In this document: piece after piece, positions 49,404-57,924 of the stretch
Layout of the letters: each line of letters starts with the position of its first letter
How positions within the stretch are numbered: position 1 is the first letter of the stretch
Source: Desulfosudaceae bacterium
GTDB taxonomy: Bacteria > Desulfobacterota > Desulfobacteria > Desulfobacterales > Desulfosudaceae
DNA length: 64,000 nt
Direction of reading: 5' to 3'
NCBI GenBank assembly: GCA_963674745.2
Contig: CAXXDV010000003.1
Coordinates: forward strand, 416,001 to 480,000
Notes under the pieces: generated by a model
What the model saw: only the letters and a program-made list of their open reading frames with translations
What the model was told of the DNA's origin: nothing
The model's database searches: none
Made by a program: the position numbers and the translations under genes

Positions 49404-49952
49404 ATGCATCTTTCCAAAGCCGGGACATGGCTGCGTCAAAAATGCGGCAGCCGGCGTGTGGCTGTTTTTTCCGGGCTGGTGTTTGTTGTATCCCAGGCGA
49501 CGATCGCATATACCATTCGTGATCTGCCGCCGGAGAAGCTGCTTGCACTTCAGACCACGTTTTCCAAAGTTAAATTTCTGTCTATCATCGGAACCTGGAA
49601 ACTGACCGGTGTTCTGCCGCAATTCAAGGCCCATTTTTACTTCGATTTTTTCCATCCCATCTGGTATGGCATTTTTCTGGCCGCTTTAATGGCATTGTTA
49701 TTTAATGCCAATGCCGTATCAAAGCGGTTTGACGGGCTGTTATTGATCCCGGTCTTTGCGGCCCTTCTGGATCTGGTGGAGAACGTCGTTGATGTCTCGC
49801 TGATGCTCGACATCAGGCGGGTGACTGATACCACCGTTTTTATCGGGGCCCTGGCGGCGAATTTGAAGTGGGCGCTGGCAGGGGCCGGGGTGCTGATTGT
49901 GGTTGTTCTGACGATCAGGTTGGTGGTCGGCCGTATGAAGGGAAAGGCGTGA
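49404..49952 (+). CDS. Hypothetical membrane protein
   Basis: 182 aa with about 4 TMs; DF..P..Y, AALLDLVEN, LKW motifs; AAGGGGGG RBS. Confidence 0.65.
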   Translation: MHLSKAGTWLRQKCGSRRVAVFSGLVFVVSQATIAYTIRDLPPEKLLALQTTFSKVKFLSIIGTWKLTGVLPQFKAHFYFDFFHPIWYGIFLAALMALLFNANAVSKRFDGLLLIPVFAALLDLVENVVDVSLMLDIRRVTDTTVFIGALAANLKWALAGAGVLIVVVLTIRLVVGRMKGKA

Positions 49953-50008
49953 ATCAGCAGCGGTCGAGGGGAGCGATAGGAGCAATAATACAATTGGGTG
50001 CCACGGGC

Positions 50009-50036
50009 GTAGGGGCGACCGGCGGGTCGCCCCTAC
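50009..50036. repeat. Self-complementary GTAG REP
   Basis: GTAGGGGCGACCGGCGGGTCGCCCCTAC; related to 14907-14934 including the upstream flank TGGGTGyCAsGGGC. Confidence 0.8.
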
Positions 50037-50055
50037 TAACTGAAAGGAGGATTAA

Positions 50056-50526
50056 ATGATAGAGGTAACCATACCCGGTTATAAGACGTTGTGGTTGAAT
50101 CATCTGGTGATGGACTATAACGGGACCATGGCCTGTGACGGGCGGCTGATCGACGGGGTTCGGGAAAAGCTGGACGTGCTTTGCCGTCAGATGGAAATTC
50201 ACGTGTTGACGGCCGACACTTTCGGAAAGGCCCGGGCCGAACTGACCGGCGTTCCCGCGGTGCTGTCCATCCTGCCCGAGGGCGATCAGGACCAGGGAAA
50301 GCTTCAATATATCAAGGGGCTGGGGGAGGAGCCGGTGGTGGCCGTGGGCAACGGCCGAAACGATAAACTCATGCTCGAGGCCGCCGAACTGGGGATTGCC
50401 TTGATCCAGGAAGAGGGCGCCTGTGTGGAAACCGTGATGGCCGCGGATATGGTCTGCCCGGATATTATTTCCGCCCTGACCCTGCTGACCAATACCGGGC
50501 GACTGGTAGCCGGTTTACGTCGCTGA
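50056..50526 (+). CDS. HAD-superfamily hydrolase (soluble P-type ATPase-like)
   Basis: LVMDYNGTMA, LTADTFG, K, VGNGRND; AGGAGG RBS. Confidence 0.85.
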   Translation: MIEVTIPGYKTLWLNHLVMDYNGTMACDGRLIDGVREKLDVLCRQMEIHVLTADTFGKARAELTGVPAVLSILPEGDQDQGKLQYIKGLGEEPVVAVGNGRNDKLMLEAAELGIALIQEEGACVETVMAADMVCPDIISALTLLTNTGRLVAGLRR

Positions 50527-50569
50527 CCATCAACCGTTTGGGCGGATCTGTTGTATTGCAGACTGTCTG

Positions 50570-50671
50570 TTCATGAATATTGTAGGGGCAGGCCCCCGTG
50601 CCTGCCCGGTGAAGGGCAACCACAGGGGGTTGCCCCTACGGGCCGAAGGGGCTCGAGTCCAAATCAACGCG
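50570..50671. repeat. 58-bp REP doublet with conserved flanks
   Basis: 50582-50639 identical to 29876-29933; TTCATGAA 5' flank; tail TCGAGTCCAAATCAACGCG matches the reverse complement of 48021-48039 at 16 of 19. Confidence 0.85.
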
Positions 50672-50693
50672 TAAAATTTTCATGCCCAACCGT

Positions 50694-51599
50694 CTACCTG
50701 TCCAGATACCCGAGATAACCTTTGATGGAATTCTGAATAAAATACCTTTCCCGCCCCAGAACCGTCTCGGACGCATATGCCAGGCCCTGCATCAGGGGAT
50801 CTGAGCCAATCAGCCGGTCGGTACACCTTTCGAAGATGTTGGCCTCGTCTCCGGCCATTTTTTCTTCACTGATCACATTTTCCCAGAAGCGCAACTGTTG
50901 TTTATGCTTTTTCAGCCAGTTGACGGCATCATCCGTCATGATGGTGTGGCCGTAGCAGAGATATTTCGGCTGGTGATCAAGGAGCCGGTCAATACTGGTG
51001 ATCGATGTATCCATGAAGAATTTCGGCGGGGTGGCCGGCCTGAGGTATGTCACGGATTCCTTAAACTGACTATGGACGCCGCCGGCCTCACCGGCAAACA
51101 GGATGCCGTCATCCATGAGAAAGCTGACATGGTGGGGCGCGTGCCCGGGCGTCAGGATGGCTGTTATCGTTTCAGTCGAGAAATCCTGCGCATTGACCAG
51201 CAATTCGTCGGAAACCGGCCGAATTTCACCATAGGCACGGCCGATGTCGCCCAGGGTTTTGACGGTTCCCTGCCAGAGCCTCTCCGGGTCAACCAGATGG
51301 GGCCGGCCGATTTCGTGGCAGACAATGGGTGTCCCGGGAAAAGCGGTTGAAATTTCCCCGGTACCACCGGCATGATCGATGTGGATATGGGTCAGAAGAA
51401 TGTAATCAAGGGCTTTAATGCCGATTTCGTTTAAGGCCGCCAAAAGGTCCCCGGTGGTGGCCAGTGGCCCCGGGTCCACCAGCACCGTCTCTTTTCCAAG
51501 ATAGATCCAGGAACAGATAAAATTGTCAAAGCCGTCAATGGGCGGCGACAGCAGAACCTGGAAAAGCCGGTCTGAATGTTTTTTTATCTGATAATTCAT
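50694..51599 (-). CDS. MBL-fold metallo-hydrolase
   Basis: LVDPG, THIHIDHAGG, TPGHAPHH, FAGEAGG, YGH; start ATG 51599. Confidence 0.9.
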   Translation of the reverse strand: MNYQIKKHSDRLFQVLLSPPIDGFDNFICSWIYLGKETVLVDPGPLATTGDLLAALNEIGIKALDYILLTHIHIDHAGGTGEISTAFPGTPIVCHEIGRPHLVDPERLWQGTVKTLGDIGRAYGEIRPVSDELLVNAQDFSTETITAILTPGHAPHHVSFLMDDGILFAGEAGGVHSQFKESVTYLRPATPPKFFMDTSITSIDRLLDHQPKYLCYGHTIMTDDAVNWLKKHKQQLRFWENVISEEKMAGDEANIFERCTDRLIGSDPLMQGLAYASETVLGRERYFIQNSIKGYLGYLDR

Positions 51600-51645
51600 G
51601 GCCTTTTTCTCGTGGGGATAGCACAGGCGTTCACTGCCCCAGGCT

Positions 51646-51768
51646 TTAACGCGCCGTCTTTTTCTTGATGTTTTTGCTGTGGTACCAGGCAATACCGATG
51701 CACCAGGCCAGCCCTCCGTAAAGCAGGCCCAGGCCGATGATTAACATAATAATTGCTGCCGGTTTCAT
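51646..51768 (-). CDS. MetS-family small subunit of NSS transporter (40 aa, absent from the ORF track)
   Basis: Manual translation MKPAAIIMLIIGLGLLYGGLAWCIGIAWYHSKNIKKKTAR*; GAGG RBS; directly downstream of the NSS gene. Confidence 0.85.
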   Translation of the reverse strand: MKPAAIIMLIIGLGLLYGGLAWCIGIAWYHSKNIKKKTAR

Positions 51769-51786
51769 GGTTAACCTCGTTCTCGA

Positions 51787-53286
51787 TTATTCGATGCCGT
51801 AATCCCTGTCACTATCGGTTGATATCGAAGTCAGTACCCAGGCGCCGATAAAAACTACGGCCATGGTACCGACGCCGATAGCCAGAACTGCGGAAAGTGG
51901 GTAATTTCCGTACGGGTGATTTATTTCTTTAATAAATGTCCAGATGATGCTTCCGCTCAGAATGATTGGTGTTAGAAATTTGACCAGAAAAGAAAATATG
52001 GGGCCGATTTTGATCTCCGCGGTTCTGTTGACTTCGGTTGCAAAATTCTTAGCGCCCCAGATCCAGCCAACGGCAATACACTCCAGCACAGCCACCACGG
52101 TAATGACATAGGCCATGATAAAATGGTCCATGATGTCGAGCCAGTAAAGCCCGGCGCTGGTCGCCAGGGGCAGGCCGGCCAGAAAGCTGACCACGGCCGT
52201 GATGGTTGTGGCCTTTGTCCGACTCAGCGAAAATTTGTCCGACAGGGAGGCAGCCACCGTTTCCAGCAGGCTGAAGGCAGAATCCACGCCCAGCAGGAGC
52301 AGGACGACAAAGAAAAGACCGCCGAAAAACGTCACCCAGACCGGCAGTTTGGCCAGTGCGGCCGGGTACACGATAAAGGCCAGGCCGGGACCGCTGTCCA
52401 CGACTTTTTCAATCGGGGCGTTGGTGGCCACGGCAAAATAACCCAGGACGCTGAACACGGCCAGGCCGGCCAGAAAGCTGAAGCAGCAGTTGGAAAAAGA
52501 AGTGATGGCCGCTGAATTGGGCAGTTCCGTGTCTTTGGGCATGAAAGAAGAATAAGCGATCATGGTGCCGAACCCCAGGGACAAAGAAAAGAAAATCTGA
52601 CCATAGGCGGCCAGCCAGACATCGGGGGATATAAGCTTGCTCCAGTCCGGTGTCAGGTAGTAGTTCAGGCCGGCGGCGGAACCTTCCAGGGTGACCCCCC
52701 GGATAAGCAGGATCAGTACCAGGATGACGGGCAGTGGCACGGTAAACAAAAGGATTTTGCCGATGCCTTTCAGGCCGCTGCGGATAATGATCCAGATAAC
52801 GACCCAGGTGGCCAGCAGGCCGGCCACCAGGTGGCCGTGCAGTTGCTCAAAATCCCAGGGACCGTCTGAAAGGTGAAGAATCCCGGTATAAAAATGGGTT
52901 TTGCTGGCTTCGATCGTTGCGCCCCACTGTGCGATAGTTGAAATATCCAGAAGCGCGATCCATGTCCAACCCAGAATAATACAATAGTAAATATTGATGC
53001 ACATGGCACCCAGGATGGCCGCCCAGCCGACAAACTTAAACGGTTTTCTTATTTTCCCCAGTGCGATATAAGCCGAACCCTGAGAGCGGATGCCAAGGCC
53101 GTACTCGATAATCATCAACGGGATGCCGGCGGTGATCAGGGCCACAAAATAGGGGATTAAAAAAGCACCGCCGCCGTTTTGGGCCGCAATATAGGGAAAC
53201 CGCCACATATTTCCCAGGCCGATGGCCGAACCCACGGCTGCCATGATAAAGATAAGCCGGCTGTCCCAGTGTTCCCGTTCCTTCAT
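51787..53286 (-). CDS. Sodium-dependent transporter (NSS/SNF family)
   Basis: REHW, GSAIGLGNMWRFPY, GGGAFLIPY, QIFFSLS, GPGLAF. Confidence 0.94.
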   Translation of the reverse strand: MKEREHWDSRLIFIMAAVGSAIGLGNMWRFPYIAAQNGGGAFLIPYFVALITAGIPLMIIEYGLGIRSQGSAYIALGKIRKPFKFVGWAAILGAMCINIYYCIILGWTWIALLDISTIAQWGATIEASKTHFYTGILHLSDGPWDFEQLHGHLVAGLLATWVVIWIIIRSGLKGIGKILLFTVPLPVILVLILLIRGVTLEGSAAGLNYYLTPDWSKLISPDVWLAAYGQIFFSLSLGFGTMIAYSSFMPKDTELPNSAAITSFSNCCFSFLAGLAVFSVLGYFAVATNAPIEKVVDSGPGLAFIVYPAALAKLPVWVTFFGGLFFVVLLLLGVDSAFSLLETVAASLSDKFSLSRTKATTITAVVSFLAGLPLATSAGLYWLDIMDHFIMAYVITVVAVLECIAVGWIWGAKNFATEVNRTAEIKIGPIFSFLVKFLTPIILSGSIIWTFIKEINHPYGNYPLSAVLAIGVGTMAVVFIGAWVLTSISTDSDRDYGIE

Positions 53287-53405
53287 AGCGATCCCCTCCT
53301 GTAGATCGGGTGATGATCCGTATTTTCTTTAGGCGTTACTTATCATAATGAATTTGTTATAGTCAATCAGAATGAAAACAAGGTAATAGCGGTGAGGTGA
53401 TACCC

Positions 53406-55106
53406 ATGAGCACTGATGAAACAATAGCCGAAATACTCAAACGCATTTACGGTCCGGTTCAAGGCAACGAGGCTTTTGAACGCGTAAAACCTTTGCTCGA
53501 CGATTTCCCGGCTCAAAAGAGCCGGAAAGACGGTTTTTTTTCAAACAGCGATGCTGTTTTGATTACCTACGGTGATTCGTTGAATCAATCCGGTGAATCT
53601 TCCTTGAACACATTGGGAAATTTTGCCCGAACGTATTTAAAAAACGCTTTTTCCGCCGTCCATATCCTGCCCTTTTGCCCGTATTCATCTGATGACGGTT
53701 TTTCTGTCATGGATTTTCATGCCGTCAATCCGGATCTGGGCGGATGGGAAGACGTGAATCACCTGAGCCGGGATTTTGAACTGATGTTTGACCTGGTCTT
53801 GAATCATATTTCATCCCAGAGCGACTGGTTCAAGAGATACTTGAACCAGGAACCCGGCTTTGACGCCCTGGCCCTGGAAGTCGACCCGGAACAGGACCTG
53901 TCCATGGTCACCCGGCCACGGACCACACCGCTGCTGACACCCTTTACCAGAACTGACGGGGAGACCGTCCATGTCTGGACCACCTTTTCCGCCGATCAGA
54001 TCGATTTGAACTATACCAGCCTGGACGTTCTGGAAAAAATGATCGACGTGCTGCTGTTTTATGTCCGGCAGGGTGCATTGCTGATCCGCCTGGACGCCAT
54101 CGCCTATTTGTGGAAGGAGATCGGTACCAACTGTATTCACCTGCCCCAGACCCATGACATGGTCAAGCTGTTCCGGGCGGTCCTGGACGCGGTCGCGCCG
54201 GATGTGATGATTATTACGGAAACCAATGTGCCTCACCCGGAAAATATCAGTTATTTCGGAAACGGACGGGATGAAGCCCAGATGGTCTATAATTTTACCC
54301 TGCCGCCCCTGCTGCTTTACACTTTTGTCAAACAGGACGCCACCGTTTTTTCCCAATGGGCACGGGGGCTTTCCCTGTCTTCGGCAGCGACCACTTTCTT
54401 TAATTTCACGGCCTCCCATGACGGTATCGGTGTCCGGCCGCTTGAAGGCATTCTGCCCGATACGGAAATCGATTTTCTGGCCGACCATGTCCGAAAAAAC
54501 GGGGGTGACGTGTCCTGCAAGCGTAATCCCGACGGCTCCGATACCCCCTATGAGTTGAATATTACTTATGTCGACGCTTTAAGCGGGCCAGAGGACAACG
54601 ATATCACCCGGGCGGCCCGTTTTCTGGCCTCCCAGGCCATCCAACTGGTCATGCCGGGTGTGCCGGGGATTTACATCCACAGCCTTCTGGGGTCGCGCAA
54701 CTGGAACGAAGGGGTGGCCCAAACCGGCCGGGCCAGAACCATCAACCGCCGGCCGCTTCAATACCCGGAGGTGTTGGCGGAAATAGAGGTTCCGGGATCT
54801 TTACGTTACCGCATATTCCACGCCTATCTTAATATGTTGTCCATCAGGCGCAGACAGCCGGCCTTTCATCCCGGCGCTTCTTTTGAAGTTGTTGATATCG
54901 CAAGTGGTTGTGTTACGATCAAACGGGCTGCCGGAGATCAGGTGGTTCTGGCCATCACCAGTGTCTGCGATAAGGAACTGACAATGGATGTGTCCGGGCC
55001 GGGGCGTTCCTGCACCACGGATTTGCTGACGGGTGCTTCTTTTGATCCCGGAAAAATCCGCCTGCCCCCGTTTGCAACATTATGGCTGGCGGATCACCGT
55101 TTTTAG
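53406..55106 (+). CDS. GH13_18 sugar phosphorylase, probably glucosylglycerate phosphorylase (YcjM-like)
   Basis: LITYGD, SSDDGF, WTTFS.DQIDLN, RLDAIAYLWK, TETNVPH, ASHDGIG, YELN; start could instead be GTG 53397. Confidence 0.85.
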   Translation: MSTDETIAEILKRIYGPVQGNEAFERVKPLLDDFPAQKSRKDGFFSNSDAVLITYGDSLNQSGESSLNTLGNFARTYLKNAFSAVHILPFCPYSSDDGFSVMDFHAVNPDLGGWEDVNHLSRDFELMFDLVLNHISSQSDWFKRYLNQEPGFDALALEVDPEQDLSMVTRPRTTPLLTPFTRTDGETVHVWTTFSADQIDLNYTSLDVLEKMIDVLLFYVRQGALLIRLDAIAYLWKEIGTNCIHLPQTHDMVKLFRAVLDAVAPDVMIITETNVPHPENISYFGNGRDEAQMVYNFTLPPLLLYTFVKQDATVFSQWARGLSLSSAATTFFNFTASHDGIGVRPLEGILPDTEIDFLADHVRKNGGDVSCKRNPDGSDTPYELNITYVDALSGPEDNDITRAARFLASQAIQLVMPGVPGIYIHSLLGSRNWNEGVAQTGRARTINRRPLQYPEVLAEIEVPGSLRYRIFHAYLNMLSIRRRQPAFHPGASFEVVDIASGCVTIKRAAGDQVVLAITSVCDKELTMDVSGPGRSCTTDLLTGASFDPGKIRLPPFATLWLADHRF

Positions 55107-55154
55107 TTACCGGATTTTTTTCAGCCGTGCCCTTCATGCGATGCCGTTATATGC

Positions 55155-55184
55155 TTGACAATAAAAACCGGATGTCTGTATAAA
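55155..55184 (+). promoter_or_regulatory. Putative sigma70 promoter for tRNA-Leu
   Basis: TTGACA (55155-55160), 18 nt, TATAAA (55179-55184). Confidence 0.6.
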
Positions 55185-55197
55185 AGTCATGTTTTTT

Positions 55198-55286
55198 GCC
55201 TGGGTGGTGGAATAGGTAGACACAAGGGACTTAAAATCCCTTGGCCCTTAGTGGCCGTGCGAGTTCGATTCTCGCCCCAGGCACCA
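55198..55286 (+). tRNA. tRNA-Leu (TAA)
   Basis: GCCTGGG acceptor stem, AGGGA-CTTAAAA-TCCCT anticodon arm, long variable arm, GTTCGATTC, ACCA end. Confidence 0.96.
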
Positions 55287-55344
55287 ATAAAAACAACGGT
55301 TCGCAATAGATGGTTGCAAGCCCTTTTTTATGCAAAAAAGAAAA

Positions 55345-55388
55345 ATGTAAGCACTATGTAAGCAAAAAAAGAAAAAACGTGCTTACAT
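55345..55388. repeat. Integrase arm-type-like 9-bp repeats next to tRNA-Leu
   Basis: ATGTAAGCA at 55345-55353 and 55356-55364; inverted copy TGCTTACAT at 55380-55388. Confidence 0.6.
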
Positions 55389-55540
55389 TTTTTTTGTTAA
55401 AAACCTCCAGGTCGCCCGATTTTTCCAGGGAAGGTTAGGTACCCTGAAAACAAAAATCCCCAGGCAAACGCCCAGGGGAGGGATCAGTAATTTTAAATGA
55501 TAACCGTTTAAGCAGTGGGCTAAAAATTTGGGGGGTGTGA

Positions 55541-56713
55541 TATTATTATTCCCCAAGCTCTAATTTTTCTGTTTTCTTTTCTTGGTTTGCTACAAATGAA
55601 CAGACTTCAGGAGTAGTCGTTCATAAAAACGATAAAGTTTATCCGGGGGGTACCTTTTATTCAGATTGCATGTCATCAGCATACCTGATTGATATGCAGG
55701 GCAATATTCTTCATAGATGGCATAAATCTTTTTACAGTGTCTGGCCAAATCCGAAACATGTTGTGCCTTACCTGCCAGCACCCCGGGATGAAATGATCAT
55801 CTGGCGTAAAGCCAGACTTTTTCCCAATGGCGATGTACTGGTCATATTCCAAGGCTTGTTCACACCTTATGGGGGAGGATTGATCAAAATCGATGCCGAC
55901 TCCAACCTGATCTGGAAGGCGGCCGTTAACGCCCATCACGACCTGGATATTGACGAACATGGCAATATCTTTGTCCTGACCCATAAATATAACGATAAGG
56001 CCGTTAATATCAGGATCGATGATTATCTGACGGTTCTTTCTCCTGACGGAAAAGTCCTGCGGGAAATTCAGCTGTACGACGCATTCAGTAATTCTGACTA
56101 CGCGGCCTTGATCCCGTCAGATTACTTTGGGGATTACATGCACACAAATAATGTGGACTTCGTTACCGACGACATCGCCCGGGATTATTCTTTTCTCCGC
56201 AAGGGTGATGTGCTTCTGTCGCACAACAGCCTTGGCGTGATTACCGTATTAGATGGTGACAGTTACACGGTCAAGTGGGCCCTGGCCGGGCTTGCCAGGA
56301 GCCTTCATGATCCGGACTTTATCGGCCGAGGGAGGCTGGTTTTCTTTAATAACGCTTGGCCCCTGCCTGAAAGAATGGCAGGAAGCAGTATCCTAGAGTG
56401 GGATTGTATCAACCAGCGTCCCTGTTGGCGTTTTACGCCATATGATTTTGTAAAAGGGAGTGAGTCACCTGTCAGAGGCATAGATATTTTTATTTCTATG
56501 GAGTGCGGTTCCCAGCAGTTGCTGCCTAACGGTAATTATTTGATTACGGAAAGTAACGGCGGGACATTGTATGAAGTAACCCGGGACAAGCAGGTCGCCT
56601 GGAAGTATGTTGCCCATAATCTAGAAGGTAGGAGTATTGGCGGTATTTATTGGGCCCAACGGTATCCGCTGGACGAATTGACGTTTTTAAAGTCAAAACA
56701 GCATGTTCCGTGA
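55541..56713 (+). CDS. Arylsulfotransferase (ASST)-family protein, apparently 5'-truncated
   Basis: AYLIDMQG, AHHDL, DYMHTN, HDPDF, QLLPNGNYLITES; frame open from 55541 with GVVVHKNDKVYPGGTFY but no start codon before ATG 55670. Confidence 0.7.
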   Translation, partial: YYYSPSSNFSVFFSWFATNEQTSGVVVHKNDKVYPGGTFYSDCMSSAYLIDMQGNILHRWHKSFYSVWPNPKHVVPYLPAPRDEMIIWRKARLFPNGDVLVIFQGLFTPYGGGLIKIDADSNLIWKAAVNAHHDLDIDEHGNIFVLTHKYNDKAVNIRIDDYLTVLSPDGKVLREIQLYDAFSNSDYAALIPSDYFGDYMHTNNVDFVTDDIARDYSFLRKGDVLLSHNSLGVITVLDGDSYTVKWALAGLARSLHDPDFIGRGRLVFFNNAWPLPERMAGSSILEWDCINQRPCWRFTPYDFVKGSESPVRGIDIFISMECGSQQLLPNGNYLITESNGGTLYEVTRDKQVAWKYVAHNLEGRSIGGIYWAQRYPLDELTFLKSKQHVP

Positions 56714-56784
56714 AGTATGTGATTTATCAATGATCCTGAAGCTATCTCGTCGCTGTGATGTAGGGGCGTTGATGATGGGTTGCT

Positions 56785-57924
56785 ATGAAAAAACGAATGA
56801 CTACTCAGAGCGTGTCTTCCATAACGGATTTCGGAGATCGCTTCAGCCGCTTTTTTTCAAATCGCCCTCGGCTTTGCCGGACGCTGGGAAACCTGGAAAC
56901 AAAGACTTTTTCGGCCGAGATTGGCCGGCAGGTCATTGATCGTCCGATTTTTATCTCCGGTCTGGCCCGTTCCGACAGTACGATTCTCCTGGAATGTCTG
57001 GCTGCTCACGAACAGACGGTTTCACACCGCTACCGGGATTATCCCCTGGCTTCTATCCCTTTGTGGTGGAACCGGTTTGTCGACCGGGCGGTTGAAAACA
57101 ATCACAAGCCTGTAGAACGTTTTCATCAGGACGGCCTTTTTGTAACCCCTGGCAGTCCTGAAGCCATGGAGGAAATTCTGTGGATGATGTTTTTTAATGA
57201 CACTCATCGACCGCTATTGACGAATGTTCTCGGGGCTGATGTAAATCATCCTGATTTTGAGGCTTTTTATAGCGACCATATCCGTAAGTTGCTTTTGCTG
57301 AGACAGGGCAGTCGTTATCTGGCCAAGAATAATTACCTTGTGACGCGTCTTGGCTATGTGCATAAACTTTTTCCGGACGCCCGGTTTATAATACCGGTTA
57401 GAAACCCTGTCGATCACATCGCTTCATTGTTGCGACAGCACCGACTTTTTTGTGCGCGGGAACAAGCAGACCCAAAGGTGTTGCACTATATGCGACTCTC
57501 CGGACATTTCGAATTCGGGCTTGACCGTAGGCCAATTAATACCGGGGACACCGAGGCCGTTCAACGTATTCTTTTGATGTGGGATGAGGGCGCGGAGGTG
57601 GGTGGGTGGGCGCTTACCTGGCGGACAATTCATGAATTTATCATCACTTGCCTGATGGAAAACGAGGCCCTGCGTGAGGCTACACTAATTATGCCTTTTG
57701 CGGCTCTGTGCCGATCACCTCGAAATATCCTCCGCAAACTTTACGACCATTGTGAGCTTTTGGTATCAGATGGTGCTGTCGCTAAACAAGCCCGTAGAAT
57801 ATCATTGCCTGATTATTATCAACTGCCGTTTTCTTCCGGGGAAGCATCGGCTGTTCGGGATGAAACTCAAGACACCTACCAGAGACTACTTTCTCTTAGT
57901 CCTATATCCGTGAATTTTTCTTAA
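56785..57924 (+). CDS. PAPS-dependent sulfotransferase family protein
   Basis: RPIFISGLARSDSTIL (5'-PSB variant), SPEAMEE, RYLAKN, FPDARFI..VRNP...S (3'-PB). Confidence 0.82.
   Translation: MKKRMTTQSVSSITDFGDRFSRFFSNRPRLCRTLGNLETKTFSAEIGRQVIDRPIFISGLARSDSTILLECLAAHEQTVSHRYRDYPLASIPLWWNRFVDRAVENNHKPVERFHQDGLFVTPGSPEAMEEILWMMFFNDTHRPLLTNVLGADVNHPDFEAFYSDHIRKLLLLRQGSRYLAKNNYLVTRLGYVHKLFPDARFIIPVRNPVDHIASLLRQHRLFCAREQADPKVLHYMRLSGHFEFGLDRRPINTGDTEAVQRILLMWDEGAEVGGWALTWRTIHEFIITCLMENEALREATLIMPFAALCRSPRNILRKLYDHCELLVSDGAVAKQARRISLPDYYQLPFSSGEASAVRDETQDTYQRLLSLSPISVNFS

Noticed and set aside
55538..55540. Selenocysteine readthrough of the TGA upstream of the arylsulfotransferase
   Set aside because: No upstream ATG or RBS in that frame, no SECIS-like hairpin, and no redox-motif context
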